Below the pieces are notes generated by a model. The model did not search any database. It was not told the DNA's origin and was given only the letters and a program-made list of their open reading frames with translations. DNA of 64,000 nt, taken from NCBI RefSeq assembly GCF_009914755.1, contig NC_060933.1; one strand, 5' to 3'. A program made the position numbers and the translations under genes. This document shows positions 15,301 through 30,200 of the stretch, in pieces. This DNA comes from the human T2T-CHM13v2.0 reference genome, Homo sapiens. Positions within the stretch are counted from its first letter, which is position 1. Each line of letters begins with the position of its first letter.

Positions 15301-18060
15301 CGATTTCAATGGAATGGAATGGAATAGAATGGAATGGAATTAACACGAACAGAATGGAATGGAATGGAATGGAATGGAACGGAAAGGAATGGAATGGAAT
15401 GGAATGGAATCAACCCAAGTGCAGGGGAATGGAATGGAATGGAATTCAATGGAATGGAATCATCCGGAATGGAATGGAATGGAATGGAATGGAACGGAAT
15501 GGAACGGAACGGAATGGAATGGAATGGAATGGAATGGAATGGAATGGAATGGTATGGAATGGAATGGAATGAACCCGTGTGCAATGTAATGGAATGGAAT
15601 GGAATGGATTCAACTCGAATGGAATCAACTCGATTGCAATGGAATGGAATGGAATGGAAAGGAATAGAATGGAATCAACCCGAGTGGAATGGAATGGAAA
15701 GGACTGGAATGGAGTGGAATGGAATGGAATGGAATTAACACGAATAGAATGGAATGGAATGGAATGGAACGGAATGGAATGGAATGGAATGGAATGGATT
15801 CAACCCGAGTGCAGGGGAATGGAATGGAATGGAATGCAATGGAATGGAATCATCCGGAATGGAATGGAATGGAATGGAATGGAATGGAATGGAATGGAAT
15901 GGGATGGAATGGAATGGAATGGAATGGAATGGGATGGAATGGAATGGTACGGAATAGAATGGAATGGAATGAAATGGAATGGAATGGAATGGAATGGAAT
16001 GGAATGGAATGGAATGGAATGGAATGGAATCAACTCGATTGCAATGGAATGGAATGGAATGGCATGGAATGGAATGGAATGGAATGGAATTGAATGGAAT
16101 GAAATGGAATTAACCCGAATAGAATGGAATGGAATGGAATGGAACGGAATGTAATGGAATGAAATGGAATGGAATCAATCCGAGTGCAGGGGAATGGAAT
16201 GGAATGGAATGCAATGGAATGCAATCATCCGGAATGGAATGGAATGGAATGGAATGGAATGGAATGGAATCAACTCGATTGCAATGGAGTGGAATGGAAT
16301 GGAAACGAATGGAAGGGAATGGAATGGAATGTAATCAACCCGAGTGCAGGGGAATGGAATGGAATGGAATGCAATGGAATGGAATCATCCGGAATGGATT
16401 GGAATGGAATGGAATGCAATCAACACGATGGAATGGAATGGAGTGGAATGGAATGGAATGGAATGAAATGGAAACATCCCGAATGCAATGGAATGTAATG
16501 GAGTGTAAGGGAATTGAATAGAATCAATCCGAATGTAATGGAATGGAATGCAATGAAATGGAATGGAATGGAATGGAATGGAATAAACCCGAGTGCAATG
16601 GAATGGATTCGAATGGAATGGAATGGAATGGAATGGATTCAACAAGAATGGAATTGAAAGGAATGGAATCAACCCGAGTGTAATGGCATGGAATGGAATG
16701 CAATGGAATGGAATGGGATGGAATAGAATGGTACGGAATAGAATGGTATGGAAGGAAATGGAATGGAATGGAATTTAATGGAATGGAATGGAATGAACCC
16801 GTGTGCAATGTAATGGAATGGAATGGAATGGAAAGGAATAGAATGGAATCAACCAGAGTGGAATGGAATGCAAAGGACTGGAATGGAGTGGAATGGAATG
16901 GAATGGAATTAACCCGAATAGAATGGAATGGAATGGAATGGAACGGAATGTAATGGAATGGAATGGAATGGATTCAACCCGAGTGCAGGTGAATGGAATT
17001 GAATGGAATTCAATGGAATGGAATCATCCGGAATGGAATGGAATGGAATGGAATGGAATCAACTCGATTTCAATGGAATGGAATGGAATAGAATGGAATG
17101 GAATTAACACGAATAGAATGGAATGGAATGGAATGGAATGGAATTAACCCGAATAGAATGGAATGGAATGGAATGGAACGGAATGGAATGGAATGGAATG
17201 GAATGGAATGGAATGGAATGTTATGGAATGCAATGGAATGGAATCAACTCGATTGTAATGGAACGGAATGGAATGGAATGGAATGGAATGGAATGGAATG
17301 GAATTAACCCGAATACAATGGAATGGAATGGAATGGAACGGAATGGAGTGGAATGGAATGTAATCAACCCGAGTGCAGGGGAATGGAATGGAATGGAATG
17401 CAATGGAATGGAATCATCCGGAATGGAATGGAATGCAAAACAATGGAATCAACTCGATTGCAATGGAATGGAATGGAATGGAAATGAATAGAATGGAATC
17501 AACCCGAGTGGAATGGAATGGAAAGGACTGGAATGGAGTGGAATGGAATGGAATGGAATGGAATGGAATCAACTCGATTGGAATGGAGTGGAATGGAAGT
17601 TGAATGGAATGGAATGGAATGGAATGGAATGGAATGGAATGGAATTAACCCGAATAGAAAGGAATGGAATGGAATGGAATGGAACGGAACGGAATGGAGT
17701 GGAATGGAATGGAATGGAATGGAATCAACCCGACTGCACGGGAATGGAATGGAATGGAATGAAATGGAATGGAATCATCCGGAACGGAATGGAATGGAAT
17801 GGAATGGAATCAACTCGATTGCAATGGAATGGAATGGAATGGAATGGAATGGAATGGAATGGAGTGGAATGGAATGGAATTAACCCGAATAGAATGGAAT
17901 AGAATGGAATGGAAATGAATGGTAGGGAATGGAATGGAGTGTAATCAACCCGAGTGCAGGGGAATGGAATGGAATTGAATGCAATGGAATGGAATCATCC
18001 GGAATGGAATGGAATGGAATGGAATGGAATGATCCCGATGCAATGGAATGGAATGGAATG
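3370..18060 (+). repeat. Degenerate two-copy tandem duplication of about 7.1-7.8 kb (~3.4-10.4 kb / ~10.4-18.0 kb)
   Basis: Rare motifs are shared in the same order: GGAAATAATTGGCATGG, CAGCGCGAGTGC, GGACTCAACACAAGT, GCAAAACAATTCAATC, GGAAGTTGAATGG. ORF offsets are 7104 (4659/11763, 6425/13529), then 7809-7830 (6785/14594, 7479/15309, 8555/16385), then 7750 (9763/17513). Confidence 0.85.
14140..14809 (+). repeat. Local 335-bp tandem duplication (14140-14474 / 14475-14809)
   Basis: CAACTCGATTG occurs at 14140, 14475 and 14810. GCAAAACAATTCAATC...GTATATGAATAG occurs twice, 335 bp apart. ORF pairs 14218/14553 and 14259/14594 match. Confidence 0.9.
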
Positions 18061-19820
18061 GAATGGAATGGAATGGAATGGAATGAACCCGTGTGCAATG
18101 TAATGGAATGGAATGGAATGGAATGGATTCAACTCGAAAGGAATCAACTCGACTGCAATGGAATGGATGGAATGGAAAGGAATCGAATGGAATCAACTCG
18201 AGTGGAATGGAATGGAAAGGACTGGAATGCAGTGGAATGGAATGGAATGGAATGGAATCAAATCGATTGGAATGGAATGGAATGGAATGGAATGGAATGG
18301 AATGGAATGGAATGGAATCAACTCGATTGGAATGGAATGGAATGGAAAGGAATGGAATTAACCCGAGTGTAATGGCATGGAATGGAATGCAATGGAATGG
18401 AATGGGATGGAATAGAATGGTACGGAATAGAATAGTATGGAAGGAAATGGAATGGAATGCAATTTAATGGAATGGAATGGAATGAACCCGTGTGCAATGT
18501 AATGGAATGGAATGGAATGGATTCAACTCGAATGGAATCAACTCGATTGCAATGCAATGGAATGGAATGGAAAGGAATAGAATGGAATCAACCCGAGTGG
18601 AATGGAATGCAAAGGACTGGAATGGAGTGGAATGGAATTGAATGGAATTAACCCGAATAGAATGGAATGGAATGGAATGGAACAGAATGTAATGGAATGG
18701 AATGGAATGGATTCAACCCGAGTGCAGGGGAATGGAATGGAATGGAATTCAATGGAATGGAATCATCCGGAATGGAATGGAATACAATGGAATGGAATCA
18801 ACTCGATTTCAATGGAATGGAATGGAATAGAATGGAATGGAATTAACACGAATAGAATGGAATGGAATGGAATGGAATGGAATTAACCCGAATAGAATGG
18901 AATGGAATGGAATGGAACGGAATGCAATGGAATGGAATGGAATGGAATGGAATGGAATGGAATGGAATGGTATGGAATGGAATGGAATGGAATGGAATCC
19001 ACTCGATTGTAATGGAATGGAATGGAATGGAATGGAATGGAATGGAATGGAATGGAATGGAATGGAATTAACCCGAATACAATGGAATGGAATGGAATGG
19101 AACGGAATGGAGTGGAATGGAATGTAATCAACCCGAGTGCAGGGGAATGGAATGGAATGGAATGCAATGGAATGGAATCATCCGCAATGGAATGGAATGC
19201 AAAACAATGGAATCAACTCGATTGCAATGGAATGGAATGGAATGGAAATGAATAGAATGGAATCAACCCGAGTGGAATGGAATGGAAAGGACTGGAATGG
19301 AGTGGAATGGAATGGAATGGAATGGAATGGAATCAACTCGATTGGAATGGAGTGGAATGGAAGTTGAATGGAATGGAATGGAATGGAATGGAATGGAATT
19401 AACCCGAATAGAAAGGAATGGAATGGAATGGAATGGAACGGAACGGAATGGAGTGCAATGGAATGGAATGGAATGGAATCAACCCGACTGCACGGGAATG
19501 GAATGGAATGGAATGAAATGGAATGGAATCATCCGGAACGGAATGGAATGGAATTGAATGGAATCAACTCGATTGCAATGGAATGGAATGGAATGGAATG
19601 GAATGGAATGGAATGGAGTGGAATGGAATGGAATTAACCCGAATAGAATGGAATGGAATGGAATGGAAATGAATGGAAGGGAATGGAATGGAATGTAATC
19701 AACCCGAGTGCAGGGGAATGGAATGGAATTGAATGCAATGGAATGGAATCATCCGGAATGGAATGGAATGGAATGGAATGGAATGATCCCGATGCAATGG
19801 AATGGAATGGAATGGAATAG
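16670..19820 (+). repeat. Duplication at ~1.75 kb offset (~16.67-18.05 kb / ~18.36-19.82 kb); third copy at ~8.84-10.44 kb
   Basis: GCAAAGGACTGG, GCAAAACAATGG, GGAAGTTGAATGG, CCCGACTGCACGGG and GATCCCGATGC recur in order. ORF pairs 16863/18602, 17373/19137 and 17518/19282 give offsets of 1739-1764. Confidence 0.8.
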
Positions 19821-21539
19821 AATGGAATGGAAACATCCCGAATGGAATGGAATGTAATGGAGTGTAAGGGAGTTGAATAGAATCAGTCCGAATGAAATGG
19901 AAGGGAATGGAATGAAATGGAATGGAATGGAATGGAATGGAATCAAACCGAGTGCAATGGAATGGATTCGAATGGAATGGAATGGATTCGAATATAATGG
20001 AATGGAATGGAATGGATTCAACAAGAATGGAATGGAAAGGAATGGAATCAACCCGAGTGTAATGGCATGGAATGGAATGGAATGGAATGGGATGGAATGG
20101 AATGGTACGGAATAGAATGGAATGGAATGAAATGGAATGGAATGGAATGGAATGGAATGGAATGGAATGGAATGAACCCGTGTGCAATGTAATGGAATGG
20201 AAAGGAATGGAATGGATTCAACTCAAAAGGAATCAACTCGATTGCAATGGCATGGAATGGAATGGAAAGGAATAGAATGGAATCAACCCGAGTGGAATGG
20301 AATGGAAAGGACTGGAATGGAGTGGAATGGAATGGAATGGAATGGAATCAAATCGATTGGAATGGAATGGAATGGAATGGAATGGAATCAACTCGATTGC
20401 AATGGAATGGAATGGAATGGAATTTTAATGGAATGGAATGGAATTAACCCGAATAGAATGGAATGGAATGGAATGGAACGGAATGTAATGGAATGAAATG
20501 GAATGGAATCAACCCGAGTGCAGGGGAATGAAATGGAATGGAATGCAATGGAATGCAAACATCCCGAATGGAATGGAATGTAATGGAATGTAAGGGAATT
20601 GAAGAGAATCAATCCGAATGTAATGGAATGGAATGGAATGAAATGGAATGGAATGGAATGGAATGGAATCAACCCGAGTGCAATGGAATGGATTCGAATG
20701 GAATGGAATGGAATGGAATGGAATGGAATGGAATGGAATGGAATGGAATGGAATCAACCCGAGTGCAATGGCATGGAGAGGAATGGAATGGAATGGAATG
20801 GAAACTACCCGAATGGAATGGAATGTAATGGAGTGTAAGGGAATTGAATAGAATCAATCCGAATGTAATGGAATGGAATGGAACGGAATGGAATGGAATG
20901 GAATGGAATGGAATGGAATGCAATGGAATGGAATCAACCCGAGTGCAATCGAATGGAATCGAATGGAATGGAATGCAATGGAATGGATTCAACTTGAATG
21001 GAATGGAAAGAATGGAATCAACACGAGTGGAATGGCATGGAATGGAATGGAATGAAATGGAATCAACCCGAGTACAGGGGAATGGAATGGAATGGAATGC
21101 AATGGAATGGAATCATCCGTAATGGAATGGAATGGAATGGAATGGAATGGAATGGAATGGAATGGAATGGAATCAACTCGATTGCAATCGAATGGAATGG
21201 AATGGAATTAACCCGAATAGAATGGAATGGAATGGAAAGGAACGTAACGGAACGGAATGGAATGGAATGGAATGGAACGGAAAGGAACGGAATGGAATGG
21301 AATGGAATGGAATGGAATGCAATCAACGCGAGTGCAGGGGAATGGAATGGAATGGATTGCAATGGAATGGAATCTTACGGAATGGAATGGAATGGAATGG
21401 AATGGAATGGAATGCAATGGATTCAACTCGATTGCAATGGAATGGAATAGATTGGAATGGAATGGAATGGAATGGAATTAATTCGAATAGAATGGAATGG
21501 AATGGAATGGAACGGAAAGGAATGGAATGAAATGGAATG

Positions 21540-24500
21540 GAATCAACCCGAGTGCAGGGGAATGGAATGGAATGGAATGCAATGGAATGGAATCATCCGG
21601 AATGGAATGGAATGGAATGGAATGGAATGGAATGGAATGGAATCAACTCGATTGCAATGGAATGGAATGGAATGGAAAGGAATGGAAGGGAATGCAATGG
21701 AATGTAATCAACACGAGTGCAGGGGAATGGAATGGAATGGAATGCAATGGAATGGAATCATCCGGAATGGAATGGAATGGAATGGAATGGAATGGAATGG
21801 TATCAACTCGATTGCAATGGAATGGAATGGAATGGAAAGGAATGGAAGGGAATGGAATGGAATGTAATCAACCCGAGTGCAGGGGAATGGAATGGAATGG
21901 AATGCAATGGACTGGAATCATCCGGAATGGAATGGAATGGAATGGAATGCAATCAACCCGATGCAATGGAATGGAGTGGAATGGAATGGAATGGAATGGA
22001 AACATCCCCAATGGAATAGAATGGAATGGAGTGTAAATGAATTGAATAGAATCAATCCGAATGTAATGGAATGGAATGGAATGAAATGGAATGGAATGGA
22101 ATGGAATGGAATCAACCCGAGTGCAATGGAATGGATTTGAATGGGATGGAATTGAATGGAATGGATTCAACAAGAATGGAATGGAAAGGAATGGAATCAA
22201 CCCGAGTGTAATGGCATGGAATGGAATGGAATGGAATGGAATGGGATGGAATGGAATGGTACGGAATAGAATGGAATGGAATGAAATGGAATGGAATGGA
22301 ATTTAATGGAATGGAATGGAATGAATCCGTGTGCAATGTAATGGAATGTAATGGAATGGAATGGATTCAACTCGAATGGAATCAACACGATTGCAATGGA
22401 ATGGAATGGAATGGAAAGGAATAGAATGGAATCAACCCGAGTGCAATGGAATGGAAAGGACTGGAATGGAGTGGAATGGAATAGAATGGAATTTACCCGA
22501 ATAGAATGGAATGGAATGGAATGGAACGGAATGTAATGGAATGGAATGGAATGGATTCAACCCGAGTGCAGGGGAATGGAATGGAATGGAATGCAATGGA
22601 ATGGAATCATCCGGAATGGAATGGAATTGAATGGAATGGAATGGAATGGAATGTAATCAACTCGATTTCAATAGAATGGAATGGAATAGAATGGAATGGA
22701 ATTAACACGAATAGAACTGAATGGAATTGAATGGAATAGAATGGAACGGAAAGGAATGGAATGGAATGGAATGGAATCAACCCAAGTGCAGGGGAATTGA
22801 ATGGAATGGAATTCAATGGAATGGAATCATCCGGAATGGAATGGAATGGAATGGAATGGAATGGAATGGAATGGAATCAACCCGAGTGCAATAGAATGGA
22901 GAGGAATGGAATGGAATGGAATGCAAAGTACCCGAATGGAATGGAATGTAATGGAGTGTAAGGGAATTGTATAGAATCAATCCGAAAGTAATGGAATGGA
23001 ACGGAACGGAATGGAATGCAACGGAATGGAATCAACCCGACTGCAATCGAATTGAATCGAATGGAATGGAATGAAATGGAATGGATTCAACTTGAATGGA
23101 ATGGAAAGAGTGGAATCAACACGAGTGGAATGGCATGGAATGGAATGGAATGGATTGAAATCAACCCGAGTACAGGGGAATGGAATGGAATGGAATGCAA
23201 TGGAATGGAATCATCCGTAATGTAATGGAAAGGAATGGAATGGAATGGAATGGAATGGAATGGAATCAACTCGATTGCAATCGAATGGAATGGAATGGAA
23301 TTAACCCGAATAGAATGGAATGGAATGGAATGGAACGGAACGGAAAGGAACGGAATGGAATGGAATGGAAGGGAATGGAATCGAACGGAACGGAATGGAA
23401 TGGAATGGAATGGAATTGAAAGGAATAAACGTCAGTGCAGGGGAATGGAATGGAATGGAATGCAATGGAATGGAATCTTCCGGAATGGAATGGAATGGAA
23501 TGGAATGCAATGGATTCAACTCGATTGCAATGGAATGGAATAGAATGGAATGGAATGGAATGGAATGGAATGGAATTAACCCGAATAGAATGGAATGGAA
23601 TGGAATGGAACGGAACGGAACGGAACGGAACGGAACGGAATGGAATGGAATGGAATGGAATGGAATTGTATGGAATGGAATGGAATGGTACGGAATAGAA
23701 TGGAATGGAAAGAATTGGAATGGAATGGAATCGAATGGAATGGAATGGAATGGAATGGAATCAACCCGAATGCAGGGGAATGGAATGGAATGTAATGCAA
23801 TGGAATGGAATCATCCGTAATAGAATGGAATGGAGTCAACCCGAGTGCAGGGGAATGGAATGGAATGTAATGCAATGGAATGGAATCATCCGTAATGGAA
23901 TGGAAAGGAATGGAATGGAATGGAATGGAATGGAATGGAATCAACTCGATTGCAATCGAATGGAATGGAATGGAATTAACCCGAATAGAATGGAATGGAA
24001 TGGAACGGAACGGAACGGAACGGAATGGAATGGAATGGAATGGAACGGAACGGAACGGAATGGAATGGAATGGAATGGAATGGAATGGAATGGAATGGAA
24101 TCAAAGCGAGTGCAGGGGAATGGAATGGAATGGATTGCAATGGAATGGAATCAACCGGAATGGAATGGAATGGAATGGAATGGAATGGAATGGAATGGAA
24201 TCGTTCCGAGTGGAATAGGAGGGAATGTATTCGAGTGGAATGGAAAGGAATGGAATCAACCAGAGAGGAATGTAAGGGAATGGAATGGACTGGAACCTAA
24301 TAGAATGGAATCAACCCGAGTGGAATGGAATGGAAAGGAATGGAATGGAATGGAATGGAATAGAATGGAATGGAATCAACTCGATTGTAATGGAATGGAA
24401 TGGAATGGAATGGAATGGAATGGAATGGAATTAAACCGAATTCAATGGAATGGAATGGAATGGAACGGAATGGACTGGAATGGAATGGAATCAACCCGAG

Positions 24501-26750
24501 TGCAGGGGAATGGAACGGAATGGAATGCAATGGAATGGAATCATCCGGAAGGGAATGGAATGGAATGGAATGCAAAGCAATGGAATCAACTCGATTGCAA
24601 TGGAATGGAATGGAATGGAAAGGAATAGAATGGAATCAACCCGAGTGGAATGGAATTGAAAGGACTGGAATGGAGTGGAATGGAATGGAACGGAATGGAA
24701 TGGAATCAACTCGATTGGAATGGAGTGGAATGGAATTTGAATGGAATGGAATGGAATTAACCCGAATAGAATGGAATGGAATGGAATGGAATGGAATGGA
24801 ATGGAATGGAATTAACCCAAATAGAATGGAATGGAATGGAATGGAAAGGAATGCAAGGGAATGGAATGGAATGTAATCAACCCGAGTGCAGGGGAATGGA
24901 ATGGAATTGAATGCAATGGAATGGAATCATCTGGAATGGAATGGAATGGAATGGAATGGAATGGAATGGAATGGAATGAACCCGATGCAATGGAATGGAA
25001 TGGAATGGAATGGAATGGAATGGAATGGAATGGAAACATCCCGAATGGAATGGAATGTAATGGAGTGTAAGGGAATTGAATAGAATCAGTCCGAATGTAA
25101 TGGAATGGAATGTAATGAAATGGAATGGAATGGAATGGAATGGAATCAAACCGAGTGCAATGGAATGGATTCGAATGGAATGGAATGGAATGGAAAGGAA
25201 TAGAATGGAATCAACCCGAGTGGAATGGAATGGAAAGGACTGGAATGGACTGGAATGGAATGGAATGGAATGGATTCAAATCGATTGGAATGGAATGGAA
25301 TGGAATGGAATGGAATCAACTCGATTGCAATGGAATGGAATGGAATGGAATGGAATGGAATGGAATTAACCCGAATAGAATGGAATGGAATGGAATGGAA
25401 CGGAATGTAATGAAATGAAATGGAATGGAATCAACCCGAGTGCAGGGGAATGGAATGGAATGGAATGCAATGGAATGGAATCATCCGGAATGGAATGGAA
25501 TGGAATGGAATGGAATGGAATGGAATGGAATCAACTCGATTGCAATGGAATGGAATGGAATGGAAAGGAATGGAAGGGAATGGAATGGAATGTAATCAAC
25601 ACGAGTGCAGGGGAATGGAATGGAATGGAATGCAATGGAATGGAATCATCCGGAATGGAATGGAATGGAATGGAATGGAATGGAATGGAATGGAATCAAC
25701 TCGATTGCAATGGAATGGAATGGAATGGAAAGGAATGGAAGGGAATGGAATGGAATGTAATCAACCGGAGTGCAGGGGAATGGAATGGAATGGAATGCAA
25801 TGGAATGGAATCATCCGGAATGGAATGGAATGGAATGGAATGCAATCAACCCGATGCAATGGAATGGAGTGGAATGGAATGGAATGGAATGGAAACATCC
25901 CGAATGGAATGGAATGGAATGGAGTGTAAGGGAATTGAATAGAATCAATCCGAATGAAATGGAATGGAATGGAATGGAATGGAATCAACCCGAGTGCAAT
26001 GGAATGGATTTGAATGGAATGGAATGGAATGGAATGGATTCAACAAGAATGGAATGGAAAGGAATGGAATCAACCCGAGTGTAATGGCATGGAATGGAAT
26101 GGAATGGAATGGAATAGAATGGGATGGAATGGAATGGTACGGAATAGAATGGAATGGAATGGAATGGAATGGAATGGAATGGAATGGAATGGAATGGAAT
26201 GAACCCGTGTGCAATATAATGGAATGGAATGGAATGGAATAGATTCAACTCGAATGGAATCAACTCGATTGCAATGGAATGGAATGGAATGGAAAGGAAT
26301 AGAATGGAATCAACCCGAGTGGAATGGAATGGAAAGGACTGGAATGGAGTGGAATGGAATGGAATGGAATTAACCCGAATAGAATGGAATGGAATGGAAT
26401 GGAACGGAATGTAATGGAATGGAATGGAATGGATTCAACCCGAGTGCAGGGGAATGGAATGGAATGGAATGCAATGAAATGGAATCATCCGGAATGGAAT
26501 GGAATGGAATGGAATGGAATGGAATGGAATGGAATCAACTCGATTTCAATGGAATGGAATGGAATAGAATGGAATGGAATTAACACGAATAGAATGGAAT
26601 GGAATTGAATGGAATGGAATGGAACGGAAAGGAATGGAATGGAATGGAATGGAATCAACCCAAGTACAGGGGAATGGAATGGAATGGAATTCAATGGAAT
26701 GGAATCATCCGGAATGTAATGGAATGGAATGGAATGGAATGGAATGGAAT
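21540..26750 (+). repeat. ~1.3-kb segment duplicated at ~3.88 kb offset (~21.54-22.87 kb / ~25.43-26.75 kb), each starting with a ~165-bp tandem series
   Basis: ORF pairs 21868/25761, 22351/26229 and 22607/26485. CAAC-C/A-CGAGTGCAGGGG cassettes (one copy CAACCGGAG) sit at ~21544/21709/21869 and ~25432/25597/25762. Confidence 0.75.
24201..24300 (+). repeat. Rare divergent landmark cassette TCGTTCCGAGTGGAATAGGAGGGAATGTATTCGAG (first, isolated copy)
   Basis: Read directly. It recurs at ~37982, 41591, 43812, 49731, 51952, 54667, 60601 and 62817. Confidence 0.9.
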
Positions 26751-27210
26751 GGAATGAAACCGATGCAATGGAATGGAATGGAATGGAATGGAAACATCCC
26801 GAATGGAATGGAATGTAATGGAGTGTAAGGGAATTGAATAGAATCAGTCCGAATGTAATGGAATGGAATGTAATGAAATGGAATGGAATGGAATGGAATG
26901 GAATCAAACCGAGTGCAATGGAATGGATTCGAATGGAATGGAATGGAATGGAAAGGAATAGAATGGAATCAACCCGAGTGGAATGGAATGGAAAGGACTG
27001 GAATGGACTGGAATGGAATGGAATGGAATGGATTCAAATCGATTGGAATGGAATGGAATGGAATGGAATGGAATCAACTCGATTGCAATGGAATGGAATG
27101 GAATGGAATGGAATGGAATGGAATGGAATGGAATGGAATGGAATGGAATTAACCCAAATAGAATGGAATGGAATGTAATGGAACGGAATGTAATGGAATG
27201 AAATGGAATG
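24980..27210 (+). repeat. ~450-bp segment duplicated at 1758 bp offset (~24.98-25.43 kb / ~26.75-27.21 kb)
   Basis: GAATCAGTCCGAATGTAATGG...CAAACCGAG...GGACTGGAATGGACTGG...GGATTCAAATCGATTGG is repeated. ORF pairs 25076/26834, 25125/26883 and 25225/26983 match. Confidence 0.85.
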
Positions 27211-30200
27211 GAATCAACACGAGTGCAATCGAATGGAATCGAATGCAATGGAATGCAATGGAATGGATTCAACTTGAATGGAATGGAAAGAATGGAATCA
27301 ACACGAGTGGAATGTCATGGAATGGAATGCAGTGGAATGAAATCAACCCGAGTCCAGGGGAATGGAATGGAATAGAATGCAATGGAATGGAATCATCGGT
27401 AATGTAATGGAAAGGAATGGAATGGAATGGAATGGAATGGAATGCAATGGAATGGAATGGAATGCAATCAACTCGATTGCAATCGAATGGAATGGAATGG
27501 AATTAACCCGAATAGAATGGAATGGAATGGAATGGAACGGAACGGAACGGAACGGAACAGAATGGAATGGAGTGGAATGGAATGGAATGGAATGGAATGG
27601 AACGGAAAGGAACGGAATGGAATGGAATGGAATGGAATGGAATGGAATGGAACGGAACGGAACGGAATGGAATGGAATGGAATGGAATGGAATGGAATTG
27701 AAAGGAATAAACGCGAGTGCAGGGGAATGGAATGGAATGGAATGCAATGGAATGGAATCTTCCGAAATGGAATGGAATGGAATGGAATGGAATGGAATGG
27801 ATTCAACTCGATTGCAATGGAATGGAATAGAATGGAATGGAATGGAATAGAATGGAATCAACCCGAGTGCAGGGGAATGTAATGGAACGGAATGCAATGG
27901 AATGGAATCATCCGGAATGGAATGGAATGGAATGGAATGGAATGGAATGGAATGGAATGGAATCAACCCGAGTGCAATGGAATGGAGTGGAATGTAATGG
28001 AATGGAAAGGAACAACCCGAATGGAATGGAATGTACTCGAGAGTAAGGGAGTTGAATAGAATCAATCCGAATATAATGGAATGGAACGGAATGGAATGGA
28101 ATGGAATGGAATGGAATGGAATGGAATGGAATGCAATGGAATGGAATCAACCCGAGTGCAATGGAATGGAATGGAATGGAATGGAATGGAATGGAATGGA
28201 ATGGAATGGAATCAACCCGAGTGCAATGGAATGGAGAGGAATGGAATGGAATGGAATGGACACTACCCGAATGGAATGGAATGTAATGGAGTGTAAGGGA
28301 ATTGAATAGAATCAATCCGAATGGAATGGAATGGAATGGAACGGAATGTAATGTAATGGAATGGAATGGAATCAACCCGAGTGCAGGGGAATGGAATGGA
28401 ATGGAATGCAATGGAATGGAATCATCCGGAATGGAATGGAATGGAATGCAATGGAATGGAATGGAATGGAATCAACCCGAGTGCAATGGAATGGAGTGAA
28501 ATGGAATGGAATGGAATGGAAACAACCAGAATGGATTGGAATATAATGGAGTGTAAGGGAATTGAATAGAATCAATCTGAATGTAATGAAATGGAATGGA
28601 ACGGAATGGAATGGAATGGAATGGAATGGAATGGAATGGAATGGAATGCAATGGAATGGAATCAACCCGAGTGCAATCGAATGGAAACGAATGGAATGGA
28701 ATGCAATGGAATGGATTCAGCTTGAATGGAATGGAAAGAATGGAATCAACACGAGTGGAATGGCATGGATTTTAATGCAATGGAATGGAATCAACCCGAG
28801 TACAAGTGAATGGAATGGAATGGAATGTAATGGAATTGAATCATCCGTAATGGAACGGAAAGGAATGGAATGGAATGGAATGGAATGGAATGGAATGGAA
28901 TGGAATCAACTCGATTGCAATCGAATGGAATGGAATGGAATTAACCCGAATAGAATGGAATGGAAAGGAATGGAACGGAACGGAATGGAATGGAATGGAA
29001 TGGAATGGAATGGAAAGGAAAGAAATGGAATGGAATGGAATGGAATGGAATGGAATCAACGCGAGTGCAGGGGAATGGAATGGAATGGAATGCAATGGAA
29101 TGGAATCTTCCGGAATGGAATGGAATGGAATGGAATGGAATGCAATGGATTCAACTCGATTGCAATGGAATGGAATAGAATGGAATGGAATGGGATGGAA
29201 TGGAATTAACCCGAATAGAATGGAATGGAATGGAATGGAATGGAATGGAACGGAACGGAACGGAATGGAATGGGATGGAATGGCATTGTATGGAATGGAA
29301 TGGAATGGTACGGAATTGAATGGAATGGAAAGAATTGGAATGGAATGGAATCGAATGGAATGGTGTGGAATGGAATGGAATGGAATGGAATCAAACCGAG
29401 TGCAGGGGAATGTAATGGATCGGAATGCAATGGAATGGAATCATCCGGAATTGAATGGAGTGGAATGGAATGGAATGGAATGGAATCAACCCCAGTGCAA
29501 TGGAACGGAGTGGAATGGAATGGAATGGAATGGAACAACACGAATGGAATGGAATGTAATGGAGAGTAGGGGAGTTGAATAGAATCAACCTGAATGTAAT
29601 GGAATGGAATGGAACGTAATTGAATGGAATGGAATGGAATGCAATGGAATGGAATCAACCCGAGTACAATGGAATAGAATGGAATGGATTGGAATGGAAT
29701 GGAATGGAGTGGAATGGAATGGAATGGAATGGAATCAACCCGAGTGCAATGGAATGCAGAGGAATGGAATGGAATGGAATGGAAATTACCCGAATGGGAT
29801 GGAATGTAATGAAGTGTAAGGGAATTGAATAGAATCAATCCGAAAGTAATGGAATGGAATGGAACGGAATGGAATGGAATGGAATGGAATGGAATGGAAT
29901 GGAATGGAATGCAATGGAATGGAATCAACCCGAGTGCAATCGAATGGAATCGAATGGAATGGAATGCAATGGAATGGATTCAACTTGAATGGAATGGAAA
30001 GAATGGAATCAACACGTGTGGAATGGCATGGATTGGAATGGAATGGAATGGAATCAACTCGAGTACAGGAGAATGGAATGGAATGGAATGCAATGGAATG
30101 GAATCATCAGTAATGGAATGGAAAGGAATGGAATGGAATGGAATGGAATGGAATGAACTCGATTGCAATCGAATGGAATGGAATGGAATTAACCCGAATA

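Noticed and set aside
24201-24240. Possible foreign insertion or transposon fragment (TCGTTCCGAGTGGAATAGGAGGG...)
   Set aside because: It stays in 5-bp register and can be derived from CAACCCGAGT/GGAAT by substitutions. There is no target-site duplication, poly-A or terminal repeat.
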